A stretch of DNA of 64,000 bases from a virus, in the IMG/VR virus record IMGVR_UViG_3300033146_000244, positions 1-64,000 of that record, one strand, 5' to 3'. The notes beneath the pieces are model-generated. The model saw only the letters and a list, made by a program, of their open reading frames with translations. It was not told the origin of the DNA and ran no database searches. Made by a program: the position numbers and the translations under genes. This document shows, in pieces, positions 29,782-40,315 of the stretch (its first letter is position 1; every line of letters begins with the position of its first letter).

Positions 29782-30516
29782 TTAGTGTATTCTAATGTTT
29801 ATTACTTTATTTTTACTATACTTACATAGATTACATACTCTGCAATCACCTCCACAGTACGAAGTTCCTATGGCATCCTCTGGTTCTACTACAAGATTAA
29901 AGTTATTATTTAGCATAAAATTACTACCATTTATAGTAAGTCCCTTTGTTTTCATAGCAGTAGTCCAATTCAAGTCTTTGCGGGCTGTATATATATACAT
30001 TTGCACAGTACCGCTACTATCATCCAGTGTTTTTGTTAATAGCTTGCGTATTCTTACAAGTTTACTAACGTCTTTTTGACTCTTTGCATCACCACTCTCG
30101 TTAAAGCGTATGAACTTTATAGACCCTTTGTATTTATTCAATATTGGTACTAAGTCATCTACAAACTCCTTTGCTGTATGGTTATCCCAATATAGCATCT
30201 GCTGTTCTCTATATCCAGGTACACACGACCAATACTGTACTTCTGCTTTCTTAGCATAGCATTTGTCAGCTACTACACATAGTCCCAGTTTTTCACTAGG
30301 GCATTTACTAGCTGGTGTCATGTTAAATATTAGCGTATCGTTACCTATTTTTCTGTTACCATTACTCAGTAATTCAGACAATGGTCTTTGCACACCTTGT
30401 ATATCTCTTAATATAGAAGCAGCTCTACTAAGAGCTACATCGTATCTATCAGTACCTTTACTTGGTAATAAGTTTTTTAGTTCCCCCCTTATTGAATAAT
30501 ATCTGCTTTTCTCCAT
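29782..30516 (-). CDS. Gp88-like Cys-rich (radical-SAM-like) protein
   Basis: GNRKIG, CPSEKLGLC...CYA, IRFNESGD, YIYTA and C-terminal CGGDCRVCNLC. Confidence 0.7.
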   Translation of the reverse strand: MEKSRYYSIRGELKNLLPSKGTDRYDVALSRAASILRDIQGVQRPLSELLSNGNRKIGNDTLIFNMTPASKCPSEKLGLCVVADKCYAKKAEVQYWSCVPGYREQQMLYWDNHTAKEFVDDLVPILNKYKGSIKFIRFNESGDAKSQKDVSKLVRIRKLLTKTLDDSSGTVQMYIYTARKDLNWTTAMKTKGLTINGSNFMLNNNFNLVVEPEDAIGTSYCGGDCRVCNLCKYSKNKVINIRIH

Positions 30517-31348
30517 ATATTGTAATTATAAATTCATTTAATAATGCGTAATACTTTAATTTATTTTTGTGGTCTCCTATCTTAATTGCCTCAGTAAACC
30601 AGTTATATAAGTCCCACACTGTTGCAAAACCTTCCTCATCTATAGGAAATAGGTTATCATCACTGTCTCTATACTTTATAGCCGCTATTACTACCCCCTG
30701 TGGTAATACTTCTAACATATTACCAAAGAAAGCATTTTGTATGTATCGTGGCAGTTCAATACCCCTCATGTCTTCTATAAACGCATCTAATTTAGTATCA
30801 TCTGATGCTATGAATGTTTTTATTTCTTCAAGCATTGTATGCAAAGAGTTTTCTATATCGCCTGTATGCCTCTTCTTTATATCTACGTCACTGTTAATTA
30901 TCATACCGTTACTACATATAGACATATTGTAGCCAAGTCCTATACGCAATGCAATACTTTTGTTTGTACTGTTTAGTACATATATAGTTTTACAGTATTC
31001 TTTATCCTCTTCTTTATTCATTCTTATCTCTGCAAACATAGTTGTAACTAGTCGCATCATTTGTATCGTTGGTAGGTTATAACCACTTTCTAAGTAAGTA
31101 ACTATATCTTTCTCTACTTTACGCATATAGGGTGTTGAACGATTATTCTTAGACAGCCCTATTGTTACGATGACTTCCTTAACGGTAGATATGTTATCTT
31201 CATTAGCTTTCATCATTACTGTATTTAGTACATCATATAAAGGAAGCGGTTTCCATGTATTAGTTCGGTTTGGTGTAGATATTAGTTCTAATATGGTTGC
31301 TACTCTTACGTCTATTTCATAGTCTGTCATTAAATTTAATGTTATCAT
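30458..31348 (-). CDS. DUF932/DUF945-like protein
   Basis: LNSTNKS...GYNMSICSNGMI...KRHTG and TVWDLYNWFTE signatures. Confidence 0.65.
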   Translation of the reverse strand: MITLNLMTDYEIDVRVATILELISTPNRTNTWKPLPLYDVLNTVMMKANEDNISTVKEVIVTIGLSKNNRSTPYMRKVEKDIVTYLESGYNLPTIQMMRLVTTMFAEIRMNKEEDKEYCKTIYVLNSTNKSIALRIGLGYNMSICSNGMIINSDVDIKKRHTGDIENSLHTMLEEIKTFIASDDTKLDAFIEDMRGIELPRYIQNAFFGNMLEVLPQGVVIAAIKYRDSDDNLFPIDEEGFATVWDLYNWFTEAIKIGDHKNKLKYYALLNEFIITIYGEKQILFNKGGTKKLITK

Positions 31349-32315
31349 CTAGTAGTTGTTTTAGTTTATTTGTGTTGTTATAATGTTTTACCATGTCACT
31401 GGCATCAGTAACTTTGGTTATATCAGGTAGCACTATGTTTACAAAATTAGGGTACTTTCTAAGTATCTCTTTTGCGTATAGCTGTCCTCTATTCATTCTT
31501 TTTTCCCAGTCATTGTCATACAGTATATAGATATTAGGGAATATATCTATTAACTTATTTAGTAGCGGTTGTTCCAGATACAAGCCTTCGGCTTGTGTTC
31601 CAATTACGTTTGGGTATCCAGCTTTCTTTATAACTATAACATCTTTTACACTTTTCGTTATAATTAAGTAACCTAATTTTCTATCTAGCTTATTTAAGTT
31701 ATGTATTATTTTACCACTAACACCTCTCATGTTGTTTAACCATTTGTACTTCTTATTTAGTGGTTGGTATATCTTCTTATACACTTTATTTTTATAGTAC
31801 CACGTATAGCATATTACTATATTATTACCTGCGTAGATAGTTTTATCACCTACTTTAAAAGACATTAATGAAGATATATTACCTTCATCTGCAAGGTCTT
31901 GTTTTGTTATAGTGTAATCATTCCAGTATTGTAGTGTCGCTTTTGGGTGTTTCCTGTACGCAGTTGTTTCTATAGGGTTGTATGCAGCCCCCTGTGTATA
32001 ATGTAATCGTTGCTGCGTTTTTGCATCTGCTATGCCACCCTCTACTTCACTTCTGATTTTATCCATCGCTTCTCCATACGATATATTATTTAACTTCATT
32101 ACTAAGTCTATACCATCTCCTGTGTCACCAGTAGCCAAGTCTTTATATTTAACCTTACCGCTTCTTGTGCTGAATACTGCGAAGGACTCCACTTTATCAT
32201 CTCTGAATGGTGACTGTATTGTTATTGGTATTTTCCTAATACCTAAGTAGTGTTGTAATATTTGCCTACTGTCCATATACAAGAATACCCAACAGCTACT
32301 AGAGCCATTGGGCAT
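31317..32315 (-). CDS. dnaG: DnaG-type DNA primase
   Basis: SPFRDD..SF...YKD.ATG..GD N-terminal domain; TOPRIM IITKSVKDV, YDND, TDASD. Likely start at 32276. Confidence 0.85.
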   Translation of the reverse strand: MPNGSSSCWVFLYMDSRQILQHYLGIRKIPITIQSPFRDDKVESFAVFSTRSGKVKYKDLATGDTGDGIDLVMKLNNISYGEAMDKIRSEVEGGIADAKTQQRLHYTQGAAYNPIETTAYRKHPKATLQYWNDYTITKQDLADEGNISSLMSFKVGDKTIYAGNNIVICYTWYYKNKVYKKIYQPLNKKYKWLNNMRGVSGKIIHNLNKLDRKLGYLIITKSVKDVIVIKKAGYPNVIGTQAEGLYLEQPLLNKLIDIFPNIYILYDNDWEKRMNRGQLYAKEILRKYPNFVNIVLPDITKVTDASDMVKHYNNTNKLKQLLDDNIKFNDRL

Positions 32316-32333
32316 TATTTATATCTGTTCTAT

Positions 32334-33296
32334 TTAGAACGGTAGGTCATCTTCTTTTTCATCATATTCTTCGCTATGTGTGCTATGTGTTTCGGGTTGT
32401 AGGAAGTCTCCTATTACTACCTCCTTAGTGTTCATGCGACTATTAGCAGTTTCTATGTCTTCACCGCTTTCATCTACATCACACATTACGAGGTCATCTA
32501 TATGGTACTTGCTGCTTTTACCAAACCAATTGTTAAGTAACTTTCTAATATTGTTTTTACCAGTCACTGGCATATACATCTGTCTCAAATATAGTATAGT
32601 CTTACCTTCATCGTTTTTGAAGTCTTTAACTTTAACGTACCCCATAAGAGTCTTAACTCCTTTAGATAGCTCTATATACTCTTTTAGTTCACTGAAGTCA
32701 CCACCAAATATAGCATCCCAGTTCCAGTCAGCTACTCCTAGTGGTAATTGTTTAGGTATCAAGCTAGCCATAAATTCAATAAATCTGTCCTCTCCGTCAA
32801 GCCCTCGTCTAATATCAAAGCCTTTACCCGTTGTTTTATTAGTAAGCGTCATGTAGTTAGATGGTTCTATTCTATCTATTGCTTTACCCCAAGTCTTTTG
32901 TAACTGACCATTTGTGTACAAGTAAGACCCTTTGCTGCTTACAGCTCTCTCTGTATTTTTAACCCATACCGGTATATCAATTATTGTACCAGCCATTTCT
33001 TTCTGTACAACAGTCTTATCATTGACTACTGTAGGTGTAATAACTTTAAATATAAATAGTAGCTTAACTTGTTCAAAGTCCTCTATATTACCATCTTTAT
33101 CTTTTGCAGGTGTTACGTATTCCTCATCTACCTTATCACCATTTCTATCTGTATATTCTCTCATCCCTAACTCTAAGCGCTCCTCATTAGTAGGGTTCAC
33201 TCCTACTAGTTCCGCATTAATAAGACCCGTAAATTTGATTGTTTTAATGTCTTTTTTCTCTTCTGCGTTTTTGAAAGCATCTTGTAGTAATCCCAT
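32334..33296 (-). CDS. Putative single-stranded DNA-binding protein
   Basis: Acidic C-terminal tail ending EDDLPF; adjacent to the primase. Confidence 0.7.
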   Translation of the reverse strand: MGLLQDAFKNAEEKKDIKTIKFTGLINAELVGVNPTNEERLELGMREYTDRNGDKVDEEYVTPAKDKDGNIEDFEQVKLLFIFKVITPTVVNDKTVVQKEMAGTIIDIPVWVKNTERAVSSKGSYLYTNGQLQKTWGKAIDRIEPSNYMTLTNKTTGKGFDIRRGLDGEDRFIEFMASLIPKQLPLGVADWNWDAIFGGDFSELKEYIELSKGVKTLMGYVKVKDFKNDEGKTILYLRQMYMPVTGKNNIRKLLNNWFGKSSKYHIDDLVMCDVDESGEDIETANSRMNTKEVVIGDFLQPETHSTHSEEYDEKEDDLPF

Positions 33297-33405
33297 ATTG
33301 TTTTGTTGTTTTTATGTGTGTGTTATACTCTATTACTATACTTAAAAGACGTGCAACCTTTCAGCTACACGTCTATATTGTATTTATTATTTTGTATCTA
33401 TTCTA

Positions 33406-34182
33406 CTATGCAAATATGTCTTCATCTGCTTCTACTACTACTTCTACTTTTTCTTTATTTTCTTCTACTTCTTCTGTTTCGTCTATTTCGCTTACTTCTT
33501 CTTTTGTTACTACCCCATCTACTTTTGTTTGATTAGCTACAATACCTGTTATAGTGGTATCTACGTCACGCTTTTCCACGTAAGCATTGTATAGTTCGTT
33601 AGCTTCTAACAAGTTCTCTTTATACGTAAGTTCGTATCCTTTCACTGTTGAAAACTCATTATCGTCTCCTACGAATGTAAATTCTTCCTCTGTTGTGTTG
33701 ATGTCAAATAAGAACTCATTGACCTTAGATAAGTCAAATTCTCTATTGTATTGATTGATAAACTTTGAGTACTTATGGAACTCAGGTACTTTAGCTCGTG
33801 TAGTACTAATCTGAGTAACTAGTCCAGCTTCATCAACTACTAAGTATAATTTGTCAGTATTGAAGTCTCTCAATAAGATTACTGCTTTACCATGACCGTT
33901 ATCGCTATCATCTCGTAATAGGTTTAGCGTATAAGGGTTGTGGATTATTAGTTTCTTTTTAGATGCTCTTTCTTCAGTGTCGTCTGTAAGGATAGCTAAT
34001 ACTAGTGTATCCTCTTGGTTACTGCCTACTGCAACTTCTCTGCTTTTAGATGATTTGTATCCTTTAATGTAGGATGCTCTTGGTTTAAGTACTCTTGCGC
34101 CATTAGAAGTTGCTTTTACTCCTATTACCGCATTTGACGTTAGTGTACTTCCTTTGATACCTGTTACTGATAATTTTGACAT
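33406..34182 (-). CDS. Hypothetical protein with basic N-terminus and very acidic tail
   Basis: Start MSKLSV at 34182, downstream of its own promoter. Confidence 0.7.
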   Translation of the reverse strand: MSKLSVTGIKGSTLTSNAVIGVKATSNGARVLKPRASYIKGYKSSKSREVAVGSNQEDTLVLAILTDDTEERASKKKLIIHNPYTLNLLRDDSDNGHGKAVILLRDFNTDKLYLVVDEAGLVTQISTTRAKVPEFHKYSKFINQYNREFDLSKVNEFLFDINTTEEEFTFVGDDNEFSTVKGYELTYKENLLEANELYNAYVEKRDVDTTITGIVANQTKVDGVVTKEEVSEIDETEEVEENKEKVEVVVEADEDIFA

Positions 34183-34248
34183 GTTTGTTTTGTTTTGTGG
34201 TTTACTCCTCTTTGGCGTTATTGCTAGCACCCGTTCTTAATTAGAATG

Positions 34249-34280
34249 CAAAGATACAACAATTATTTAGTTATTGCAAC
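34249..34280 (-). promoter_or_regulatory. Bacteroidota sigma promoter
   Basis: Minus strand GTTG, 20-nt spacer, TATCTTTG then CA. Confidence 0.65.
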
Positions 34281-35324
34281 TTTTTCACTTATTTTTTTGT
34301 AATCTACGACACTCTCTTTACCAATATATCCAAAGTAACCTATTTCACCGAAAAAGAAAGTCGGCGTAAGTATGTTAATATCCCCATCTCTGTTTTTCAT
34401 TATGTTTATCACTCTAAACCTACCTTTGAGACCATCTGAATCTGCAGCACTTCTCGGTATTATCTTATAACCCCCATATAACGCTATTCCTTCCCTATAA
34501 GGACTACCAATACCAATCATTATATCAGCATCCTCGTAAGTGGACTTTGAATCACGGAGGTCGGTATGTCCTGGTAGTACCCTTTGTTCAGGTGTATAAT
34601 CCTTAGTTGGCGTTATCTGTTGAACTACAATGGCTATCAGCTTAGTCGGATTCCTAACAGTGAATAGAAACTTACTAATATCATCTATTGTTTGTTTCTT
34701 ATTTGCTCCACCGATAGATGATGCAATACCTATATGGTCTATTGCTACCATATATACATCTTTCTGGTTATGCGGTTCATACTTTACTATCTGCCTATCC
34801 TCTATTGTTAATTTACCGTTGGTCTTTAAATAATTAAAGGTATTCCTCTTTAAGTTACTTATTGTAATGTACGTGTAGAATGATATTCTGTTTACAAGCG
34901 CAGTAGTGTAATCTACGCATTCTTTAGACATAATCAACTCCTCTATATGACTAGGTATCGTCAGAGCTCCTTCGCTCATCAGTAACTTCGGTGTAGTGAG
35001 TATCCCTTTCCTAGTAAATAACCAATAACACATAGCTTTTACTATTATCACAGCAGGGCTAATTTCTGGTGTATAGATGTCTATATGTACATTGAAGTTA
35101 CCAGTAGTAGCTTTATCGTGCATATTAAATAAGAACTGGTCGTATAGGAAAGATGACTTTCCTACGTTACTAAGTGCTCCTATTAAATAATACTTACCTG
35201 GTACTATGGATAAATGTTTACTGAGGTCTCCACCCAACCTGAATGGAAACCCCGTATTCAATCCTAATTTACCGTCTTCTATCCTTTTAAGTGATTGTTC
35301 GTACCAATCTATGCTTATACCCAT
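34263..35324 (-). CDS. dnaB: DnaB-like (SF4) replicative helicase
   Basis: Walker A GALSNVGKS, Walker B VAIDH, VVQQ, DLRDSKSTYEDAD, IMKNRDG. Confidence 0.85.
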   Translation of the reverse strand: MGISIDWYEQSLKRIEDGKLGLNTGFPFRLGGDLSKHLSIVPGKYYLIGALSNVGKSSFLYDQFLFNMHDKATTGNFNVHIDIYTPEISPAVIIVKAMCYWLFTRKGILTTPKLLMSEGALTIPSHIEELIMSKECVDYTTALVNRISFYTYITISNLKRNTFNYLKTNGKLTIEDRQIVKYEPHNQKDVYMVAIDHIGIASSIGGANKKQTIDDISKFLFTVRNPTKLIAIVVQQITPTKDYTPEQRVLPGHTDLRDSKSTYEDADIMIGIGSPYREGIALYGGYKIIPRSAADSDGLKGRFRVINIMKNRDGDINILTPTFFFGEIGYFGYIGKESVVDYKKISEKVAITK

Positions 35325-35938
35325 TCGTGTGTACCTCCTCCCACTGTAGAGTTATCTTTTTCAAAGTTCATACCCTCTAACTCTTGTAGTAATCTACTAT
35401 TTATTAGTAATTCCTTTGTTACTTTATCCTCTCGTGTATTGTTAATAAAGTTTTCCGCCTTCAGTAAGTACTTATACCCACTACTTCTCTGTGAGTCTAT
35501 ATAATTTTTAGTGGCATCTAGTATCTGCTTATCTGTATAGTCGTGTTTGGATAGGAAGTACGATAACCTGCTACTACAAGCAGTCTTACTTCCCATTCTT
35601 GACCTGAAAGCATCTTTAAATAACTTACGGTACTCTGTAAGTAGGTAAACTCCGCAACTATTAGATAAAGGCGACATCACATTTACACTGGGGGTAGTGC
35701 TTTTAACAATATTGTTACCCTCACCAAAAGCATCTATCGTCTTATTAGTAAATACTAACGGCACTATTGGGACTATGTAGCCCTTATCAGTTAGTGTACT
35801 AACTAACTTCGTACTGTCGTAACCGTTATACCCACTTATTAACTCATCTGCATACTTTATCTTACCTATATACAAATAGTATAAACATAAACTCTCCTTG
35901 TTTGTAAGGTCTTTTCTTTTTATCTCTTCATGTATCAT
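35315..35938 (-). CDS. Putative replication initiator / helicase loader
   Basis: Directly upstream of the helicase; C-terminal QILDATKNYI...KYLLKAENFI resembles phage replisome organizers. Confidence 0.5.
   Translation of the reverse strand: MIHEEIKRKDLTNKESLCLYYLYIGKIKYADELISGYNGYDSTKLVSTLTDKGYIVPIVPLVFTNKTIDAFGEGNNIVKSTTPSVNVMSPLSNSCGVYLLTEYRKLFKDAFRSRMGSKTACSSRLSYFLSKHDYTDKQILDATKNYIDSQRSSGYKYLLKAENFINNTREDKVTKELLINSRLLQELEGMNFEKDNSTVGGGTHEWV
35679..35694 (-). repeat. Dispersed motif copy 4
   Basis: Minus strand CCCCCAGTGTAAATGT, encoding TPSVNV in a linker-like segment. Confidence 0.85.
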
Positions 35939-35943
35939 TTGTA

Positions 35944-36318
35944 TTAATTAGTTGTATTCTCATATTCTTTTATTCTTATTACTAGCTCCTTTATCCTACT
36001 CTTTGCTTCTACTAGTGCATTATAATACATCAATAATCTTCTCTTATCTCCTACTAAGTTCCCCAATTCCCACTGAGCTGTCATCTTATGTATCTCACCA
36101 TCTGTGAGCTTATCTCCATCTTGTAGTATAAACTTACTCGTCTTCTCCTTCTCTGTAATTGACATACTAGTTACTACCCCATAGAAGTATCCGCAACTGT
36201 TATTTTTAAATGGTGCTTCTGTAAACTTGTTCTGGTGTGTAAAAGATTCCTCATCTATGTATCTTAAGCAGTCTTCTCGTAATGTACAGTCATTACCATC
36301 ACACATTATTATGTCCAT
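35944..36318 (-). CDS. Hypothetical protein with N-terminal Cys cluster
   Basis: MDIIMCDGNDC...CLRY...CGYF. Confidence 0.6.
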   Translation of the reverse strand: MDIIMCDGNDCTLREDCLRYIDEESFTHQNKFTEAPFKNNSCGYFYGVVTSMSITEKEKTSKFILQDGDKLTDGEIHKMTAQWELGNLVGDKRRLLMYYNALVEAKSRIKELVIRIKEYENTTN

Positions 36319-36439
36319 TGTATATTAACTGTTTAATTTTATCTACTATTGTATTTGTTATATTCTGTGTTTCTGTTTCTCCTATCTCGTACTGCAAATA
36401 AGCTATCCCATGAAGTAATGTTTTGTTTCCATGTTACAG

Positions 36440-36730
36440 CTAAGCTACTATAGTTCTATCACCATTCCACTTCTTACCATTTAGATACCACTGGTAATCT
36501 ATTTGCTGTATAGCTACTCCTGGTAAAGCATTTAATCTACTTTTGGTTACATTAGACTGGTAGTTACCGTCTTCTATTATCAGTAAACCATCTTTGTATA
36601 ATGTAGCTATTCTCATCTCATGTAGCAGTACAACTGACTTACACTTGTGTACAACTACCTCTGTATTCCTATTGCTAAACTTTTTGTGGTTGTATAGCTT
36701 ACAAACCATTTGCTCCTCTATCTTACGCAT
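36440..36730 (-). CDS. Small phage hypothetical protein
   Basis: NTEV...LH...IA...YQSNVTKSRLNAL...Q..YQWY pattern resembling small phage proteins. Confidence 0.65.
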   Translation of the reverse strand: MRKIEEQMVCKLYNHKKFSNRNTEVVVHKCKSVVLLHEMRIATLYKDGLLIIEDGNYQSNVTKSRLNALPGVAIQQIDYQWYLNGKKWNGDRTIVA

Positions 36731-37027
36731 TAGCTTAGTTACAATTATTTAACTCTTTTTCTATTACATCAATCATATCTACTCTTGTTATAAACATCAC
36801 GACTGTATGTATTTAATGTATACACCGTTCCCACCCTAGCTATAAGCTCTGTAAATCCTATTATAGTACCTATATGTACGTACCGACGTAACCCCTCTGC
36901 ATACATTACTACTACGTTATCACCTACTTTAAGTTTATTTTAGTAAGTCTCCCGTTTGTTATTATTTTGTTTATATAACTACTTCTACATGTGCTAATTT
37001 TCTAGTCATCTATTGGTATATTAATAG

Positions 37028-38194
37028 TTAATAATTTCCCCAAATCTTATTAACTACTGACTTCTCTACTACACTTGCCCAACTACCATCTACATACAAC
37101 CACTGGTTACCTGTAGATATGCCTTGTTTTATCTGACTAGTGTAATCTCTGTCTATACCATGTATGCGTATATCTTCCACAATACCGCTATATGCACTAT
37201 ATACGCTACCAGAGTAAGCACTATTAAACCTATCACCCTTACTGTACCGTGCACTTACTTCTTTATTCAACGCAGCCTCTACTTCTTTTGTACTAGCTAT
37301 ACTCCAATCTTCTGGTCTTCCTTTAATGGTGGTAGTAGCTTTAGCTATCCATGTACCATCAGTACCCCAACCATATCCCGTAAAGTGCTCGGTACTTGTA
37401 ATATAAATTAAACTACCATTTACACTCTTATACCACGTATTTACTTTCAATCTTACCGTGTCTCCTATCTTAAACTTTAACTTACCTTTCCATTTTAATT
37501 CATTATAGTAAGTTTTAGCGTTTGTTTCGTTTGAGAAATGTTTAGTATTCACTTTACTACCTTTTACAAAACAACCATACTTTATTACTGGTATGCCCTC
37601 CTTATCGTACCCAACAATCCAACTCTCCTCGTTTTGATAGATAGCTCTTCCTTTTAATGTGCCTTGCCAGTTTTCTGCCCTACCGTCCAAGCCCTTATGA
37701 CACTTCGTAGTAGTACACATATCACTGTTCATAGGTGCTTTATTACAATTAATACAGCTCTTCTTAGGAAACGTACCATCTGTAAAGTCCTCTGTGTAGA
37801 ACATAGGTTTTATACCTGACTCTATTAGTTCTTTTTTAGTTAAGACTTCTCCAAGTGTATAAGGTGTATCACCTACCCATACACACGCTAAACCTCCCAC
37901 TGACAAAGCATAGTCAGTCACTACTCCTAAGTACTTATTTGTGTACTTACTATATATACCTGTACCTCCCAATCCTTGATTTACGTTGAACACATTATTG
38001 CTAATATCGTTATCGCTTCCTACGTCAGCTCCCCCTGTGTTATTGTTATCTTGCTGCTGCATTTTTTGACCGTCATCTCCCTCATTTACTTCAAATTGCA
38101 GTACCTCCATAATGTATTTCTTTGCGTACTCATTATCGCGTGTGTAATATGAATTAACAGCATTACATAATCTCTTACATTCGTTTATTGTCAT
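37028..38194 (-). CDS. Hypothetical multi-domain protein
   Basis: 388 aa; Cys cluster (CINC...C....C) and an FKIGD-type strand. Confidence 0.6.
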   Translation of the reverse strand: MTINECKRLCNAVNSYYTRDNEYAKKYIMEVLQFEVNEGDDGQKMQQQDNNNTGGADVGSDNDISNNVFNVNQGLGGTGIYSKYTNKYLGVVTDYALSVGGLACVWVGDTPYTLGEVLTKKELIESGIKPMFYTEDFTDGTFPKKSCINCNKAPMNSDMCTTTKCHKGLDGRAENWQGTLKGRAIYQNEESWIVGYDKEGIPVIKYGCFVKGSKVNTKHFSNETNAKTYYNELKWKGKLKFKIGDTVRLKVNTWYKSVNGSLIYITSTEHFTGYGWGTDGTWIAKATTTIKGRPEDWSIASTKEVEAALNKEVSARYSKGDRFNSAYSGSVYSAYSGIVEDIRIHGIDRDYTSQIKQGISTGNQWLYVDGSWASVVEKSVVNKIWGNY

Positions 38195-38223
38195 ACCTAT
38201 TGTATTTAATTATTATTTAATCA

Positions 38224-39279
38224 TTACTTATCTATTCTAATCCCTACCATCACTGGAAAACGTGGTACTCCAGTATTACTGTATTCAAAGAATCTTAATT
38301 CAGCTACCTTACCTATGTAATCTTCTTTGTTGGTTAGCATCTTCTCTCGTTCTTTATGAGACATTTTAACACCACAGCCGAGTATATTATCTCCGTACCT
38401 ATGTCCTTTTGCTCCTTCCCAATCAAACACAGGAGAGCCAAATTCTTTATGTACGTCCTCTGGTATTATATCTTTTATTTTAATAGCTACATCTAAGAAG
38501 TCCTTATATTTCAGTAAACTGTCACTCCTCTTGTTAGGTTCGTATCCTTTATCGCCATGTCGTATTATAGTACCTTCGTATCCTTGTTTTAAATATACTT
38601 TATGTGCATTAAACAATTCTTCCTCATTTTTTATCATCTGTATTGGTACTAACTCTATACTATCTATACCGTGTACTAAATCATGTAAAGTACTGTATCT
38701 ATCCACAAACGGTTTATCGCTAATCATATCGTAAACGTGATACTTAATATCAGCACTCTCTGGTCTATTCTTTTTAATTAACTTCACATTCTCTTGGAAT
38801 GACTTACCATGTGCATACAATTCTCCGTCTATCACGTCGTCGGTAGCTATATTTACTACAGCTATATGTGGTAGTGTATCAATAACCCTATTCTTTCTTG
38901 ACAACATCACTTTGTTACTCTTTATACACCTTATGCCATCTAACTTCGGTTGTACGTAACAAGGAAACTTTACTTTATGTTTATGGTCTTTATACGAGTA
39001 AGCTAGCATGGGTAATATAACTTTATTATTTTCTGCTTCTTCTATCGTGTATTTATACCCTTCTGCTAATTTCTTTGTTATTAGATTTTCTGCCTCCTTT
39101 GTTGCCTGCTCTCTTCCACTGGTCTCATTAGATTTACCAGTATTCTTAGGAGTGCATTCTTTAATATGCTTTACCATTTTACCACCGACTATCCCCGTAT
39201 AACGTATAAGCATCTCACCAGACGTCTTTATTTCAATAAGGCGTATCTTACCCTTACTATCTTGTTTATATAGGTTCAT
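38224..39279 (-). CDS. lig: ATP-dependent DNA ligase
   Basis: PMLA, VQPKLDGIR, DGELY, YHVYD, EGTIIR, LLKYK, GVPRFP. Confidence 0.93.
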   Translation of the reverse strand: MNLYKQDSKGKIRLIEIKTSGEMLIRYTGIVGGKMVKHIKECTPKNTGKSNETSGREQATKEAENLITKKLAEGYKYTIEEAENNKVILPMLAYSYKDHKHKVKFPCYVQPKLDGIRCIKSNKVMLSRKNRVIDTLPHIAVVNIATDDVIDGELYAHGKSFQENVKLIKKNRPESADIKYHVYDMISDKPFVDRYSTLHDLVHGIDSIELVPIQMIKNEEELFNAHKVYLKQGYEGTIIRHGDKGYEPNKRSDSLLKYKDFLDVAIKIKDIIPEDVHKEFGSPVFDWEGAKGHRYGDNILGCGVKMSHKEREKMLTNKEDYIGKVAELRFFEYSNTGVPRFPVMVGIRIDK

Positions 39280-39286
39280 GTATATT

Positions 39287-39520
39287 TTATTCTTTTATTA
39301 GCATTTTTGTCTTCGCCATGTCGCTTAAAGCGTTATAGCCAGTATGGCATTCTAGGTACTCCAACATAGAGTGCTCTGCATAGCTATCTACCATTTCTTG
39401 GTAAGTGAGCTTTTCAAACCCCTCCTTTGTAAAGTATTTTTTTAACTTCTTCTCTGTAACAGTTATTTGCTTACTGTACGTTACTACTGTTGTTTTGTCT
39501 TTATTCATTATAGTATTCAT
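39287..39520 (-). CDS. Hypothetical protein
   Basis: 77 aa, overlaps the stop of the upstream gene. Confidence 0.55.
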   Translation of the reverse strand: MNTIMNKDKTTVVTYSKQITVTEKKLKKYFTKEGFEKLTYQEMVDSYAEHSMLEYLECHTGYNALSDMAKTKMLIKE

Positions 39521-40184
39521 TTATTCTTTTTATTACCACATCTAAGTCGTTATCTATTTTTAACTCAGCAAACATTCCAGCTGGCGATTTAGCAGGTATT
39601 ATAATCTTATCTAACTTACTTCTGTTAGTTATAAACCCGTATTGTGCTATGTCATCGTCATCAAATTCACAGTAGCTGTATAACACCACATCTACTAATG
39701 CTAATGGGTTATACTTATCCTCTAACATCTGTCCTATTAGCTTAATCTTCTTCTTTACCTTTTTCCTGTCATTAGTATCATCATCATCGTGAAATACTAA
39801 GAAGATGTTATCTATGTATTTAGTGTTATTAGCTACATCTAATATACTTTGCATGTGTTTACCCATCTCACCAAACTTTGTGTACCCAGTCTCCTCAGCT
39901 CTTGCAAAGAACTCTTTTTGCATAATGAATCCAACATCATCTATTATTATCGTATTTACTTTAGTGGCTTTTTTGTCAATAGCCTTTAAATACTTTATTA
40001 ACTGCGCATAATTGTTTGCTACTGCTATGTTCTTACTAGTAGCATTATAAGTTCTCCTACTACCAGTAAACGATAAGTCTTTATCTACCGCCTGTATTAT
40101 TACTGTACTCTCTGGTGATAGGTTTCTAAGTGAATAAGTTTTACCTGTACCTGTATCACCTAGTATAATTCTTAATTTAGCCAT
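39501..40184 (-). CDS. AAA_24 / Sak4-like P-loop ATPase
   Basis: GDTGTGKT, IIIDD, GYTKF, AKSPAGMF, IDNDL. Confidence 0.85.
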   Translation of the reverse strand: MAKLRIILGDTGTGKTYSLRNLSPESTVIIQAVDKDLSFTGSRRTYNATSKNIAVANNYAQLIKYLKAIDKKATKVNTIIIDDVGFIMQKEFFARAEETGYTKFGEMGKHMQSILDVANNTKYIDNIFLVFHDDDDTNDRKKVKKKIKLIGQMLEDKYNPLALVDVVLYSYCEFDDDDIAQYGFITNRSKLDKIIIPAKSPAGMFAELKIDNDLDVVIKRINEYYNE

Positions 40185-40315
40185 ATTTACTTATTATATG
40201 TTTGTTACTACTCTATTCATTGTATCTGTATCAACCGCCATTTTAGCGACTCCTCTATTTTATCCTCTTCTATTACATCTATGTTTCTTGAGTGATATAC
40301 ATACTGTCTCCATGT

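Noticed and set aside
29977-29992. TTTGCGGGCT matching part of the 54210/54248 repeat
   Set aside because: A single 10-bp match inside a CDS; may be chance.
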